A stretch of DNA of 64,000 bases from Candidatus Acidiferrales bacterium. GTDB taxonomy: Bacteria > Acidobacteriota > Terriglobia > Acidiferrales > UBA7541. Below, in pieces: positions 1 through 8,602 of this stretch. Each line of letters begins with the position of its first letter. Within the stretch, counting starts at the first letter, position 1. Under the pieces are notes generated by a model. It ran no database searches, was not told the DNA's origin, and was given only the letters and a program-made list of their open reading frames with translations. The stretch covers positions 3,626 to 67,625 of the forward strand of contig JBAUEH010000111.1 of assembly GCA_049678505.1 (NCBI GenBank), written 5' to 3'. The position numbers and the translations under genes are program-made.

Positions 1-27
1 GCTGATCGGCATTCTCTCCACGTAGTG
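1..27. repeat. imperfect direct repeat, copy A (partner at 1434-1460)
   Basis: gctgatcggcattctctccacgtagtg versus gctgatcggtatcctttccacgtagtg is identical at 24 of 27 positions in the same orientation. Copy A is cut by the window edge. Confidence 0.6.
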
Positions 28-34
28 CGTTGCG

Positions 35-1261
35 CTACTCCCTGGCGCCCCGCTCTTGGAGAAACGCTACCGTTTTTCGGTCACCTTTCCAGTCAGCATC
101 AGGGAACATCGATGCGTATCCCAGTGCAGTGCATTCAACAAATTCTTCTGGTCGTTCATAATGACCGGGAAGTTTAACGCGAATCGATAGGTCAGCCCCG
201 CGTTCCACCAACAGTTTGGCTACGGGTAAGCCCCAATCGCCAAACTGCGTCACCGCATGGAAAATCGGCGTCTGACCGCCCGCCCCGGATTCATGGATCG
301 CCGCGCGCGCATTGACGTCAGCGCCGCGATCCAGAAGTAGTTTGGCGGCGTCCAGATTCCCGTACTCCGCCGCCACGTGCAAAAGCGTCGCTCCTTCGAG
401 CAGGAGTCGCCTCATGGCCGTACTGCCGAAGTTGAGTTCTGGGAACCGTCTGTTCACCAGCTCTGGATCGGCTTCCAGGTGCTTCGATAAACGATCAAGG
501 CGGCTTCGCAACATGTCCAGCACGCTCGGCACGTCGTATTTGGTTACGCCACCAGCCTCGACGAGGATATCGATGCAAGTGCTGAGTTGCGTTGAGCGCC
601 AATACGAGCCGATAACGTAGTCGAGCGCGGTGCTCGGGTGCTTCCGGTTCGCGTTGGCGTGGTTCGGATTTGCTCCGTGATCCAGAAGCCATTGTAGAGC
701 CGCTGCATCCACCGTTTCGCAAGGGGCGAAGATAATCGGGAAATGTCCGTCCCACTCGGCGTTGACGTTCGCGCCGTGCGAAACCAGCAGTTCCATCATC
801 GGGATTCGATCACCCGCGAGCGCAGCTCTCATCAGCGGACCATCTCCGCCTTGGTGCACATCTGACCCGTTTTTGATCATCCACTCCGCCATGGCGAGTC
901 TGGCCGGGCTCGGTGGCTCATACGGGATGCGGCATTCCGCAACCCAGGTCAGCGGCCCATTCTTGCCGTAGCCCAGCGGCGCTCGATGCAGCGCGGGATT
1001 CTTGGTCATCAGTGTCTTGACACCTTCGAAGTCGTTGGTGTCGATTGCCTCTCTGAGCTGGCCAATCTCCTCCAGCGATTCGATGTGTGCTTTCAGCTTT
1101 GGCCAGCTTGCAAAGCCATAGAGCCGCGCAATCTTGAACTGCGCCTCGGTAAGCGATCTCGCGCCGTTGGCCTTGAACAAATCCTTGGCCTGATCCTTCA
1201 AATGCCGGAGATTGGGACGTTCGGGAAGTGGACGCGGCGCGTCGTGAGGATTGGTCGACAT
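35..1261 (-). CDS. ankyrin-repeat protein
   Basis: 408-aa ORF with tandem ~33-aa ankyrin-like units (MMELLVSHGANVNAE, AALQWLLDHGANPNH, GATLLHVAAEYGNLDAAKLLLDRGADVNA, GQTPIFHAV...LLVERGADLS). AAGGAGG lies 5 nt upstream of ATG 1261. Confidence 0.8.
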   Translation of the reverse strand: MSTNPHDAPRPLPERPNLRHLKDQAKDLFKANGARSLTEAQFKIARLYGFASWPKLKAHIESLEEIGQLREAIDTNDFEGVKTLMTKNPALHRAPLGYGKNGPLTWVAECRIPYEPPSPARLAMAEWMIKNGSDVHQGGDGPLMRAALAGDRIPMMELLVSHGANVNAEWDGHFPIIFAPCETVDAAALQWLLDHGANPNHANANRKHPSTALDYVIGSYWRSTQLSTCIDILVEAGGVTKYDVPSVLDMLRSRLDRLSKHLEADPELVNRRFPELNFGSTAMRRLLLEGATLLHVAAEYGNLDAAKLLLDRGADVNARAAIHESGAGGQTPIFHAVTQFGDWGLPVAKLLVERGADLSIRVKLPGHYERPEEFVECTALGYASMFPDADWKGDRKTVAFLQERGARE

Positions 1262-1433
1262 GGCGACCTCCTTTCATTAACTCGCCCGTTGTCCGCGCAT
1301 CGGGCTGAAAGAAGGTTCGCGAAAATCGATTACAAGCAGGTGGGCTTCTACCCTTTCCGCGGCCCGGATGCGTCCCTGACGCTGCTGAAATGCTACCACA
1401 AAGCTGCTGTGACACCGAACGCGACATCGCCAA

Positions 1434-1460
1434 GCTGATCGGTATCCTTTCCACGTAGTG
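1434..1460. repeat. imperfect direct repeat, copy B (partner at 1-27)
   Basis: See copy A. It lies about 30 nt downstream of the rsmD stop, so the two copies bracket the ankyrin gene. Confidence 0.6.
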
Positions 1461-1490
1461 TTTTCTGTGACCTGACACTTCGCAAAAGCA

Positions 1491-2054
1491 TCACGATGGT
1501 CTCGCAATGCGATAGAAGCTCAGCGCGGAATCGCCCTGCACCTTCACGCGCGTTCGTTCGAGCCCAGGTACCTGCGGCGGCAACTCCAGTTTTTCCCCGT
1601 GCTCAGCGATTACGATCCCTGTCGTGGAAAGTATCTCTGCCGCACCAATGAATTCCAGAACTCGCTGGTATTCGCGCGCCTGCGCGTAGGGCGGATCGAG
1701 AAAAACAAAATCACTTGGTTCGTGTTGTGACGCGAGCCTTTCGAGACCGCGCATCGCGTCCATCGGAAGAATTTCCGCCGCGCTAGCGATTTCGAGCGAT
1801 TTCAGATTTTCGCGAATCACTTGCACCGCCGGAGCGTGGCGTTCAATGAACACCACGCGGCGCGCTCCGCGGCTGATAGCTTCGATGCCCACCGCGCCGG
1901 TTCCTGCGAACAGATCGACAAACAGGCAACCTTCCACTGTGTCGCCGAGAATGTCGAACAGCGTTTCGCGCAGCCGGTCGCTGGTCGGCCGCAGCTCCAT
2001 TCCGCGAAGCGCGCGCAGCCGGCGGCTCTTGAATCTCCCTGCGATCACGCGCAT
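1491..2054 (-). CDS. rsmD: 16S rRNA (guanine966-N2)-methyltransferase RsmD
   Basis: 187 aa with RPTSDRLRETLFDIL, the SAM-binding DLFAGTGAVGIEAISRGA motif and the FLDPPY motif. It starts 3 nt after the recG stop. Confidence 0.85.
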   Translation of the reverse strand: MRVIAGRFKSRRLRALRGMELRPTSDRLRETLFDILGDTVEGCLFVDLFAGTGAVGIEAISRGARRVVFIERHAPAVQVIRENLKSLEIASAAEILPMDAMRGLERLASQHEPSDFVFLDPPYAQAREYQRVLEFIGAAEILSTTGIVIAEHGEKLELPPQVPGLERTRVKVQGDSALSFYRIARPS

Positions 2055-2057
2055 CGT

Positions 2058-4166
2058 CTATCCCACTGCGGCCAGCCGGAACTTGTTTTGCCACTCCGGC
2101 CCCAGAAATGTCGTGAGCTTTGCCAGTTCGGGCGAACGCGAACGGTCTTCCACAAGCGCAAAAGCCTCGGCTCGCGCCAGATCCAAGAGCTTGTGGTCGC
2201 GCAGCGGATGCGCCATATGAAATGCCACATCTCCATGCTGCTTTGTGCCGAAAAATTCTCCCGGCCCTCGAAGCTTCAGGTCCTGTTCGGCAATCTGAAA
2301 CCCGTCGGCTGTTGCGACTAGTGTTTCGAGCCGGGCGCGCGCTTCTTCCGTTACGTTCTTTGGGGCCACCAGAATGCAGTGTGATTTGTGCGCGCCTCGC
2401 CCGATGCGTCCGCGAAGCTGATGAAGCTGCGCCAAGCCAAATCGGTCGGCGTGCTCGATCACCATCACGGTCGCATTGCGCACGTCGACGCCAACTTCTA
2501 CGACAGTCGTTGCTACAAGAACCTGAATTTTTCCGCTGCGAAACTGCTCCATCACGTCGTCTTTTTCTTCGCTGCGCATGCGCCCGTGCAGCAGCCCGGC
2601 GTGCAGCTTCGGGAAAACGTTTTTTGAGAGGCGCTCGTACTCGGCCGTCGCCGCTTTTAATTCCTGCTTCGATTCTTCGACCACCGGATAAATGATGTAG
2701 GCTTGCCGGCCGCTGGAAACTTCGCGTCGCACGAACTCCCAAACTCCCGGAAGAGTTTCTTCCGCGCCCCAGCGCGTTTCTACGGGCGTCCTCCCCGGCG
2801 GCATCTCGTCGATGATCGACAGATCGAGATCGCCATAGAGCGTGAGCGCGAGAGTGCGCGGAATCGGCGTCGCTGTCATCACCAGCACATGCGGCGCTTT
2901 TCCCTTTTCTGTCAGGCGCTTGCGTTGCAGCACGCCGAAGCGATGCTGCTCGTCGATGATTACCAGCCCCAGCTTCGCGAAATTCACCACATCTTCAATC
3001 AGCGCATGCGTGCCGGTGACGAAGTTCGCTTGACCCGAGGCGATGCGCGCCAGCGCTTCTTCTTTTTCGCGCGGCTTCATTCCACTGACGAGCAGCTCCA
3101 CGGAATAGCTCGCGGAAGAAAATATTCTCCGCGCGGATAAATAATGCTGCACGGCGAGAATTTCCGTCGGCGCCATGAGCACCACCTGATAGCCGTTTTC
3201 GATGACGATTGCCGCCGCTTCGAGCGCCACAATCGTTTTTCCGCTACCGACGTCGCCCTCGAGCAGGCGAGTCATGGGCATCGCACGTTCGAGATCCGCC
3301 GCGATTTCAGCGAGCACGCGCTTTTGCGCGGCGGTCGGCTTGAACGGCAGGATTTGTTTCAGCGCTTCGCGAACTTTATCCTGGCGCACTAGCATCGGAA
3401 TTCCGGCCTGTTGCTGTTCGCGCTGCCGGCGAATCGCCAGGCCAAGCTGGTAGAGAAAAAACTCTTCGAAAATCATCCGCACCTGCGTCGGACTGCGGAA
3501 TTCGTTCAGCAGCCCGACATCGGCGTCACGCTCAGGGAAGTGCACGCGCAAGAGAGCTTCGCGCTTGGACGGGAATCCGAAACGCTGCAAAAGTTCCGGC
3601 GGCAGCGGATCTGGAATTTCTCCCTGAAAATCTTCTACGACTCTGAAAATAATCCGGCGCAGCATTCGCGAGCTGATGTCGCTGATGGCTTCGTACACCG
3701 GAACAATGCGCCCCACTTCCGCGGAGTCCATTGCGTCGTCGCCGGGATGAAGCAATTCGAATTCCGGATTGATCATTTCGATGCGCATCGGACGGTTCGG
3801 ATCGGCGCTGACTTTGCCGTGCAGGACCAGCGGCTGGCCGGGCTTCAATTTTCCGTCGAGGTAGGCTCCGTGGAAAAAGCGCACGGCGAGCTTGCCGCTG
3901 GCATCTTTCACGCTCAGATGAAACATGGCGTTGCGGCGGCCCCTGAAACGGACGAGGCTTCCGCTCTCAACTTCGACTCTCACGGTCGCCACCTGCCCGG
4001 GCGTAAGTTCCGCTACGTTCGTGAAATGGATGCGATCTTCGTAACGAAAGGGCAGGTAGTTGAGGAGGTGGCCGACGGTGGTGATGCCGCGCTCGGCGAG
4101 CAGGGCGGCGCGGTGAGGGCCGAGGCCCTTCATGGTGGTAACTGGCGAGTTCGAGGCTAAGGGCAT
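2058..4166 (-). CDS. recG: ATP-dependent DNA helicase RecG
   Basis: 702 aa. An OB/wedge-type N-terminus is followed by SF2 helicase motifs GDVGSGKT, IIDEQHRFGV, MTATPIPRTL and QLHQLRGRIGRG. Confidence 0.95.
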   Translation of the reverse strand: MPLASNSPVTTMKGLGPHRAALLAERGITTVGHLLNYLPFRYEDRIHFTNVAELTPGQVATVRVEVESGSLVRFRGRRNAMFHLSVKDASGKLAVRFFHGAYLDGKLKPGQPLVLHGKVSADPNRPMRIEMINPEFELLHPGDDAMDSAEVGRIVPVYEAISDISSRMLRRIIFRVVEDFQGEIPDPLPPELLQRFGFPSKREALLRVHFPERDADVGLLNEFRSPTQVRMIFEEFFLYQLGLAIRRQREQQQAGIPMLVRQDKVREALKQILPFKPTAAQKRVLAEIAADLERAMPMTRLLEGDVGSGKTIVALEAAAIVIENGYQVVLMAPTEILAVQHYLSARRIFSSASYSVELLVSGMKPREKEEALARIASGQANFVTGTHALIEDVVNFAKLGLVIIDEQHRFGVLQRKRLTEKGKAPHVLVMTATPIPRTLALTLYGDLDLSIIDEMPPGRTPVETRWGAEETLPGVWEFVRREVSSGRQAYIIYPVVEESKQELKAATAEYERLSKNVFPKLHAGLLHGRMRSEEKDDVMEQFRSGKIQVLVATTVVEVGVDVRNATVMVIEHADRFGLAQLHQLRGRIGRGAHKSHCILVAPKNVTEEARARLETLVATADGFQIAEQDLKLRGPGEFFGTKQHGDVAFHMAHPLRDHKLLDLARAEAFALVEDRSRSPELAKLTTFLGPEWQNKFRLAAVG

Positions 4167-4254
4167 ATGCGTGCGAGCTGAGATTTGCTCCGACTAGGAA
4201 GAGTTAAGTGATTGATTTTATGGGTGGTTAGCAAAAAATGAATGAACGTTGCGG

Positions 4255-4460
4255 TCCCGATTAGAAAAGCACTGTCAGGGGACAGGTGACAAATGACGAA
4301 CAGGCGCGACACGGAAGCGTGGAAGGGCGCGGGCGGAGGGAAAAGTCTAATCGAGTATTTTGCAAAAAAAGCGCAGAAAAACTCGATTAGAAATAGCTTC
4401 CGGTGTTTGTTTTGTGTGAGTTGCATGAAGTTCTAATTCCCCATATTTACTCGATTAGAA
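4255..4460. repeat. four copies of a 12-nt motif ACTCGATTAGAA in an AT-rich intergenic region
   Basis: ACTCGATTAGAA occurs at 4381-4392 and 4449-4460 (+). Its reverse complement (ACTCGATTAGAC) is at 4345-4356, and a variant tCcCGATTAGAA is at 4255-4266. Copies 2 and 3 form a 10-bp perfect inverted repeat separated by 26 nt. Confidence 0.7.
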
Positions 4461-4477
4461 TTCAAAAAGCGCATAAA

Positions 4478-4547
4478 AAGCAAAAAGCCGCGTCTCCGCG
4501 GCCTGTCTCCTCTAAGCAACGTCAAGTCTGTAACTTCCAGAGTACAA
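4478..4547 (-). ncRNA. candidate small RNA of unknown family, defined only by a promoter and terminator
   Basis: On the minus strand there is a -35 TTGACA (4582-4577), a 17-nt spacer ending in TGn, and a -10 TAAATA (4559-4554). About 70 nt later comes a hairpin GCCGCG-GAGA-CGCGGC (4502-4487) followed by TTTTTGCTTTTT. No plausible ORF lies in between. Confidence 0.3.
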
Positions 4548-4767
4548 AGACCTTATTTACCATACGGTCAGAGGAATGTCAAGGGAAAAAGAAGGAATTT
4601 GGATTTCTAATATGGATCTCCAGGGCGGAAGAGGCTGCTTACCAAAGGGACGAGGCATTCGTCTAAGGCTGTATGATGGAGGGTAAGTGAGTTGTGATGT
4701 TCCCGGACACAGCCACCTGCGGCAAGTCGCGCCGTACAACCGCGGAACGAGCGGGTCGCATCCGGTT

Positions 4768-5406
4768 ATGAACGCCATGGGGATGAGCGCCGCGCTCGAA
4801 CGAGGGGCAGCGCAACGCGCAGTGCAGAAAGCGGACGAACAGGTCCTAGTCCGGCAGGCGCAAGCGGGCAATCGGCCGGCTTTTGAGGAACTAGTGCGCC
4901 GGTACGACCGTGACGTGCTGCGCCTGGCGCTGAACCTGGTGCGCGGCACGGAGGACGCTCGCGACCTTTACCAGGAAATTTTTCTTCGCGTGTACCGTAA
5001 CCTTTCGCGTTTCCGTTTCGAGTGCAGTTTTTATACATGGATCTATCGCATCGCCACGAATGTGTGCCTGGACCATCTGCGGCGCAAGAACACGCGGCGT
5101 GAGGAGCAGGCGCCGCAGCCCGCTGACAGCGAGGGCGTTGCGCCCGATTTCTTCGACCAGCAAGTGGAGCATCGAGCGGCGGCCAATCCGGAGCGGCAAT
5201 TTCTGGGTCAGGAACTTGGGAAGCATATCGACGCGGCGCTCGACGGGCTTTCGGCACGGGAGCGCATGGTTTTTGAACTGAAGCATTACGAAGGGCTGAG
5301 ATTGCGAGTGATCGGGGACATGCTGGGCACTTCGGAGGAAACAGTAAAGAATTCGCTGTTCCGCGCGACGCGGAAATTGCGCGCCACACTGGACGGCATG
5401 AGATGA
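4768..5406 (+). CDS. ECF (sigma-70 family) RNA polymerase sigma factor
   Basis: Region 2 (AFEELVRRYDRDVLRLALNLV...DLYQEIFLRVYRNLSRF) and region 4 (RERMVFELKHYEGLRLRVIGDMLGTSEETVKNSLFRATRKLR) are present. The track ORF starts at 4687. I chose ATG 4768 to give a typical ECF length, and the start remains uncertain. Confidence 0.85.
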   Translation: MNAMGMSAALERGAAQRAVQKADEQVLVRQAQAGNRPAFEELVRRYDRDVLRLALNLVRGTEDARDLYQEIFLRVYRNLSRFRFECSFYTWIYRIATNVCLDHLRRKNTRREEQAPQPADSEGVAPDFFDQQVEHRAAANPERQFLGQELGKHIDAALDGLSARERMVFELKHYEGLRLRVIGDMLGTSEETVKNSLFRATRKLRATLDGMR

Positions 5407-5421
5407 AGCAAGGAGCTAACA

Positions 5422-6429
5422 ATGCAGGAATTTAGCCAACCCTCCGGGGCATGTCCGGAGTTCGAACCAAACATCATCCTTTATGCGGTGGATGAGCTGG
5501 AAGGCTCGGAACGCGATTCCCTGGAAGAGCATCTTGACCAATGCGCGCGCTGCGTCGCGGCGCTGGATGTGGAGCGGAAATTACTCGAGATGGCCGCCGC
5601 TCACCGGCGGCTCGAACCCACGGCGGGCCTGCTGGCAAGTTGCCGCAACCGGTTCGAGGATTCGCTCGATGAGATGGACCATCGCAGCATTTTCGTGCGT
5701 TGGGCGGAGTCACTTTTTCCCGCGCACTGGCTGGCGCTGCATCCGGCAGCCAGCGTCGCCACTTTGCTGCTGGTGGGCTTCTCCGTAGGAATGCTGGGGC
5801 CTTGGCATTCGCAGGCGCCAAACGCGCCTTTGCCCCGGCCAACCGCAGTATTGGGTTCGATGGGTTTGGATAATCAGGAGCTGCAATCCGCGAATGTTTC
5901 GGGAATCAACTGGACGCCGAGCAATGACAGCCGTCCGCCGCAGATCGAAGTTCAGATGAATACGGAGCGTCCAATGGTTGTGCAGGGAACGGTGAACGAC
6001 GACGAGGTGAAGCGTGTGCTTCTCTACGTCCTTCACAATAATCATCGGTTCTGCCCAGACGTTCGCATTAACGCAGTGGAGTTGCTGAAAGCGCGCGCGA
6101 ACGATCCGGATGTAGAGCGTGCGCTTTCCCAGGCGGTGCTCACCGATCGCAATCCGGCGGTGCGATTGAAAGCGCTGGACGCGCTGACGGTGGCAAAGCC
6201 GGACGACGCCAGCGTGCAAACGATGCTGGAGGCGCTGACGAAAGACGCAAATATCGGCGTGCGCGTGGAGGCGATCAATGCGCTGCTCATTGCTTCGGAA
6301 CGCGGAGGGCTGCTTGCCGATCCGAAGGCACTCGGCATTCTGCGCGACCGGATGCGCACGGATCCGAATACGTATATTCGTTTACAAAGCGCGGCGGCCG
6401 TTCAGCAAGCGCAGCCGAACCAGCAGTAG
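5422..6429 (+). CDS. anti-sigma factor with an N-terminal zf-HC2, one TM helix and C-terminal HEAT-like repeats
   Basis: An H-x3-C-x2-C motif (EEHLDQCARCVAAL) is followed by the TM helix AASVATLLLVGFSVGMLGPW. The C-terminal half has repeated units such as DVRINAVELL, NPAVRLKALDAL, NIGVRVEAINAL and NTYIRLQSAAAV. AAGGAG lies upstream of the ATG. The gene sits immediately downstream of the sigma gene. Confidence 0.75.
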   Translation: MQEFSQPSGACPEFEPNIILYAVDELEGSERDSLEEHLDQCARCVAALDVERKLLEMAAAHRRLEPTAGLLASCRNRFEDSLDEMDHRSIFVRWAESLFPAHWLALHPAASVATLLLVGFSVGMLGPWHSQAPNAPLPRPTAVLGSMGLDNQELQSANVSGINWTPSNDSRPPQIEVQMNTERPMVVQGTVNDDEVKRVLLYVLHNNHRFCPDVRINAVELLKARANDPDVERALSQAVLTDRNPAVRLKALDALTVAKPDDASVQTMLEALTKDANIGVRVEAINALLIASERGGLLADPKALGILRDRMRTDPNTYIRLQSAAAVQQAQPNQQ

Positions 6430-6445
6430 CGGAGACAGGAACAAG

Positions 6446-7750
6446 ATGAGGCCCGGCATTTTTCGAATTTCGCTTCCGATAATCGCAGTTCTGGCCACGC
6501 TGCCTGCATGGGCTGGCGGAGGCCACTCGAATCCCGCGACGGCCGACAAGACAGGGCAGTTTTCGACGAGCCCCGGCTCGCACCTGCGCGTGGCAGTCGA
6601 CCAAGGCAACATTCGTATTTTGAACGGAAACGCTTCGCAAGTCAGCTACCGCGTTCATCTGGAGACCGATGCGGATGATTCGAATGCACAGCAGATTCTG
6701 AATGCTTTTGTTTTGGAAGCGCGGAACGAAGGGGACGGGGTGGTGTTGATTGGCCGGTCGCCGCATCTTGGGTGGGGACATCATCTGTCCGTCACGATCT
6801 CAGTGACCGTTCCGCACAACTACAACCTGGATCTTTCCACAGATGGCGGAGCAATCCAGATAGCGGATGTTCAGGGCCGCGTCTCCGCGTTGACGGATGG
6901 AGGAAACATTTCGGCCGGAGAGATTGATGGCCCGGCGCGGCTTATCACCGACGGCGGGCACATTGTCGCGAAAAACGTCGGGGGCGACCTGACGGCGCAG
7001 ACGGGCGGCGGAGATATTACGGTCGGCTCGGTGGCGGGCGGTGCGGTATTACGCACCGGGGGCGGGCACATTCGCGTCGCGTCCATTGCCGGCGCGGGGC
7101 GGCTCGACACAGGCGGCGGAAATATTTCGCTTGAGCATGCCGGCGCGGGGCTGGTGGTGAGCACAGGCGGCGGAGAAATTGAGGTTGGCGAAGCATCCGG
7201 GCTAGTTCGCGCACGCACGGGCGGCGGAGGGATTCGCGTGGTCCGGTCGTCGGGTCCGACGGAACTCGAAACGGGAGCAGGGAGCGTTTACCTGATGCAA
7301 GTGCAAAACGCGGTGCGAGCTTCGACGGGCGCAGGAGGAATTACGGCGTGGTTCGGCCCGGACGCGAAGCTAAGCAGTTCTTGCCGCCTGGCGGCAGGCG
7401 AAGGGGACATCGTTGTTTATCTGCCGAAGGAGCTCGCCGTCACCGTAGACGCGCAAGTGGAGCTGGGCGGCGATCATCGGGTAGTGGTCGATCCTGCGTT
7501 TCCGTTGAAAGTGACTTATGGGGAGCCGGATGAAGGCAGCCAAGTGGTTCGCGCGGAAGGAGCGCTCAATGGCGGCGGCGCGACGCTGGTTCTGCGAACG
7601 GTGTCCGGAAATATCCGGCTGATGCTGAACGACGCAGAGCACGAAAAAGAGCAAATGGACCAGTTGCGCCAACGAATGGAGCAGATGCAAAAGCAATTAG
7701 AAATGAATTTGCTGGAGCTCCAGCCGCCACAGCCACCGGATCAACCGTAA
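6446..7750 (+). CDS. DUF4097 (putative adhesin, Gly-rich beta-helix repeat) protein with a C-terminal coiled coil
   Basis: Signal peptide MRPGIFRISLPIIAVLATLPAWA. More than 10 repeats of the type TDGGNISAGEIDG / TGGGDITVGSVAG / TGGGHIRVASIAG. The tail is EKEQMDQLRQRMEQMQKQLEMNLLELQPPQPPDQP. The start was moved from 6278 to ATG 6446, which has GGAGA upstream. Confidence 0.75.
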   Translation: MRPGIFRISLPIIAVLATLPAWAGGGHSNPATADKTGQFSTSPGSHLRVAVDQGNIRILNGNASQVSYRVHLETDADDSNAQQILNAFVLEARNEGDGVVLIGRSPHLGWGHHLSVTISVTVPHNYNLDLSTDGGAIQIADVQGRVSALTDGGNISAGEIDGPARLITDGGHIVAKNVGGDLTAQTGGGDITVGSVAGGAVLRTGGGHIRVASIAGAGRLDTGGGNISLEHAGAGLVVSTGGGEIEVGEASGLVRARTGGGGIRVVRSSGPTELETGAGSVYLMQVQNAVRASTGAGGITAWFGPDAKLSSSCRLAAGEGDIVVYLPKELAVTVDAQVELGGDHRVVVDPAFPLKVTYGEPDEGSQVVRAEGALNGGGATLVLRTVSGNIRLMLNDAEHEKEQMDQLRQRMEQMQKQLEMNLLELQPPQPPDQP

Positions 7751-7780
7751 AGCCGTTTCGCGAGCGAAAGGAGACGATGT

Positions 7781-8563
7781 ATGAACGCAAGGATTCTTTC
7801 CAGGTTGCGCGGCTGTCATTGGCTGGGCTTGGCTGCCCTCGCAGCATTTTTTGTGGCAACACTTCCTGCGCGCGCCTCCACGCAGGTTTTCGATCAGGTT
7901 TACCCGCTGCATTCCGGAGGAGTGTTTGCGCTGGCGAACGTGAATGGCGGGGTGCAAGTGGAGAGCTGGGATCGCGAGCAAGTTGAGGTGCGCGCCATCA
8001 AGACTGCGCTGCACGAAAGCGATGATTTGGACCGCGTGCACATCGATGTGCAGGGAGATGGAGAGCAACTCGCGGTGAACACGCGTTACCCACAGGGGAG
8101 CGGCGTCCAAGTGACCGTCGAATATCAAATCCATGTGCCCTACAAGCTGCGCTGCGCGGTGGTGCAAACGGTGAATGGAGACGTTCACCTGCGGGGCATA
8201 GCGGGCGCGGGAATTCTGGATTCCGTGAACGGGAGTGTAGAAGTTCTGGACAGCGACGGACGGTTCAGCGCGAAAACCACAAACGGCGATGTGCGTTTGC
8301 AATTGAAATCGCTGCCGGATGGAGATCCGGTGAGCCTGACGACGGTCAACGGCTCAGTGGTGCTGTCGCTTCCGGAGCGCGCGAACGCGGATGTTCGCGT
8401 GGTTAATCGCAACGGGGATTTCCGGTCGGATTTTCCACTGGCGACACTGGGGGCATACGACGCGAGCCGTTTTCGCGGGCGCCTTGGCAGCGGGGGCGGC
8501 GAGGTATTCATGAGCACGGTGAACGGGGCGATCCGCCTGGTGGATGGGCGGCCGGTGGTCTAA
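7781..8563 (+). CDS. DUF4097 domain protein
   Basis: Signal peptide, then repeated xVNGxVxL units (TVNGDVHLRG, SVNGSVEVLD, TTNGDVRLQL, TVNGSVVLSL, TVNGAIRLVD). AAGGAG RBS. Confidence 0.75.
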   Translation: MNARILSRLRGCHWLGLAALAAFFVATLPARASTQVFDQVYPLHSGGVFALANVNGGVQVESWDREQVEVRAIKTALHESDDLDRVHIDVQGDGEQLAVNTRYPQGSGVQVTVEYQIHVPYKLRCAVVQTVNGDVHLRGIAGAGILDSVNGSVEVLDSDGRFSAKTTNGDVRLQLKSLPDGDPVSLTTVNGSVVLSLPERANADVRVVNRNGDFRSDFPLATLGAYDASRFRGRLGSGGGEVFMSTVNGAIRLVDGRPVV

Positions 8564-8602
8564 CCGAATAGTGAAAAATATCGTCCGATAGGGAGAACAA
8601 AA

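Noticed and set aside
1843-2742. 299-aa Arg-rich ORF and other alternative-frame ORFs
   Set aside because: They overlap recG and rsmD in other frames. Their extreme Arg/Ala/Ser content is typical of out-of-frame translation of GC-rich genes.
4594-4619. Shared ECF-type promoter motif (GGAAYTT ... TGGAT) upstream of the two DUF4097-linked sigma genes (also 13368-13395, minus strand)
   Set aside because: The two candidates differ by 2 nt in spacer length (14 versus 16 nt between GGAAY and TGGAT). Neither has a canonical CGTC-type -10. The third sigma gene lacks the motif. This is too weak to call without transcription-start data.
4157-4666. Small ORFs (89 aa minus strand, 87 aa plus strand) in the AT-rich recG/sigma intergenic region
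   Set aside because: Their composition is implausible (Phe/Leu/Ile/Lys runs from AT-rich DNA). They have no RBS and overlap the repeat motifs and the promoter/terminator unit.
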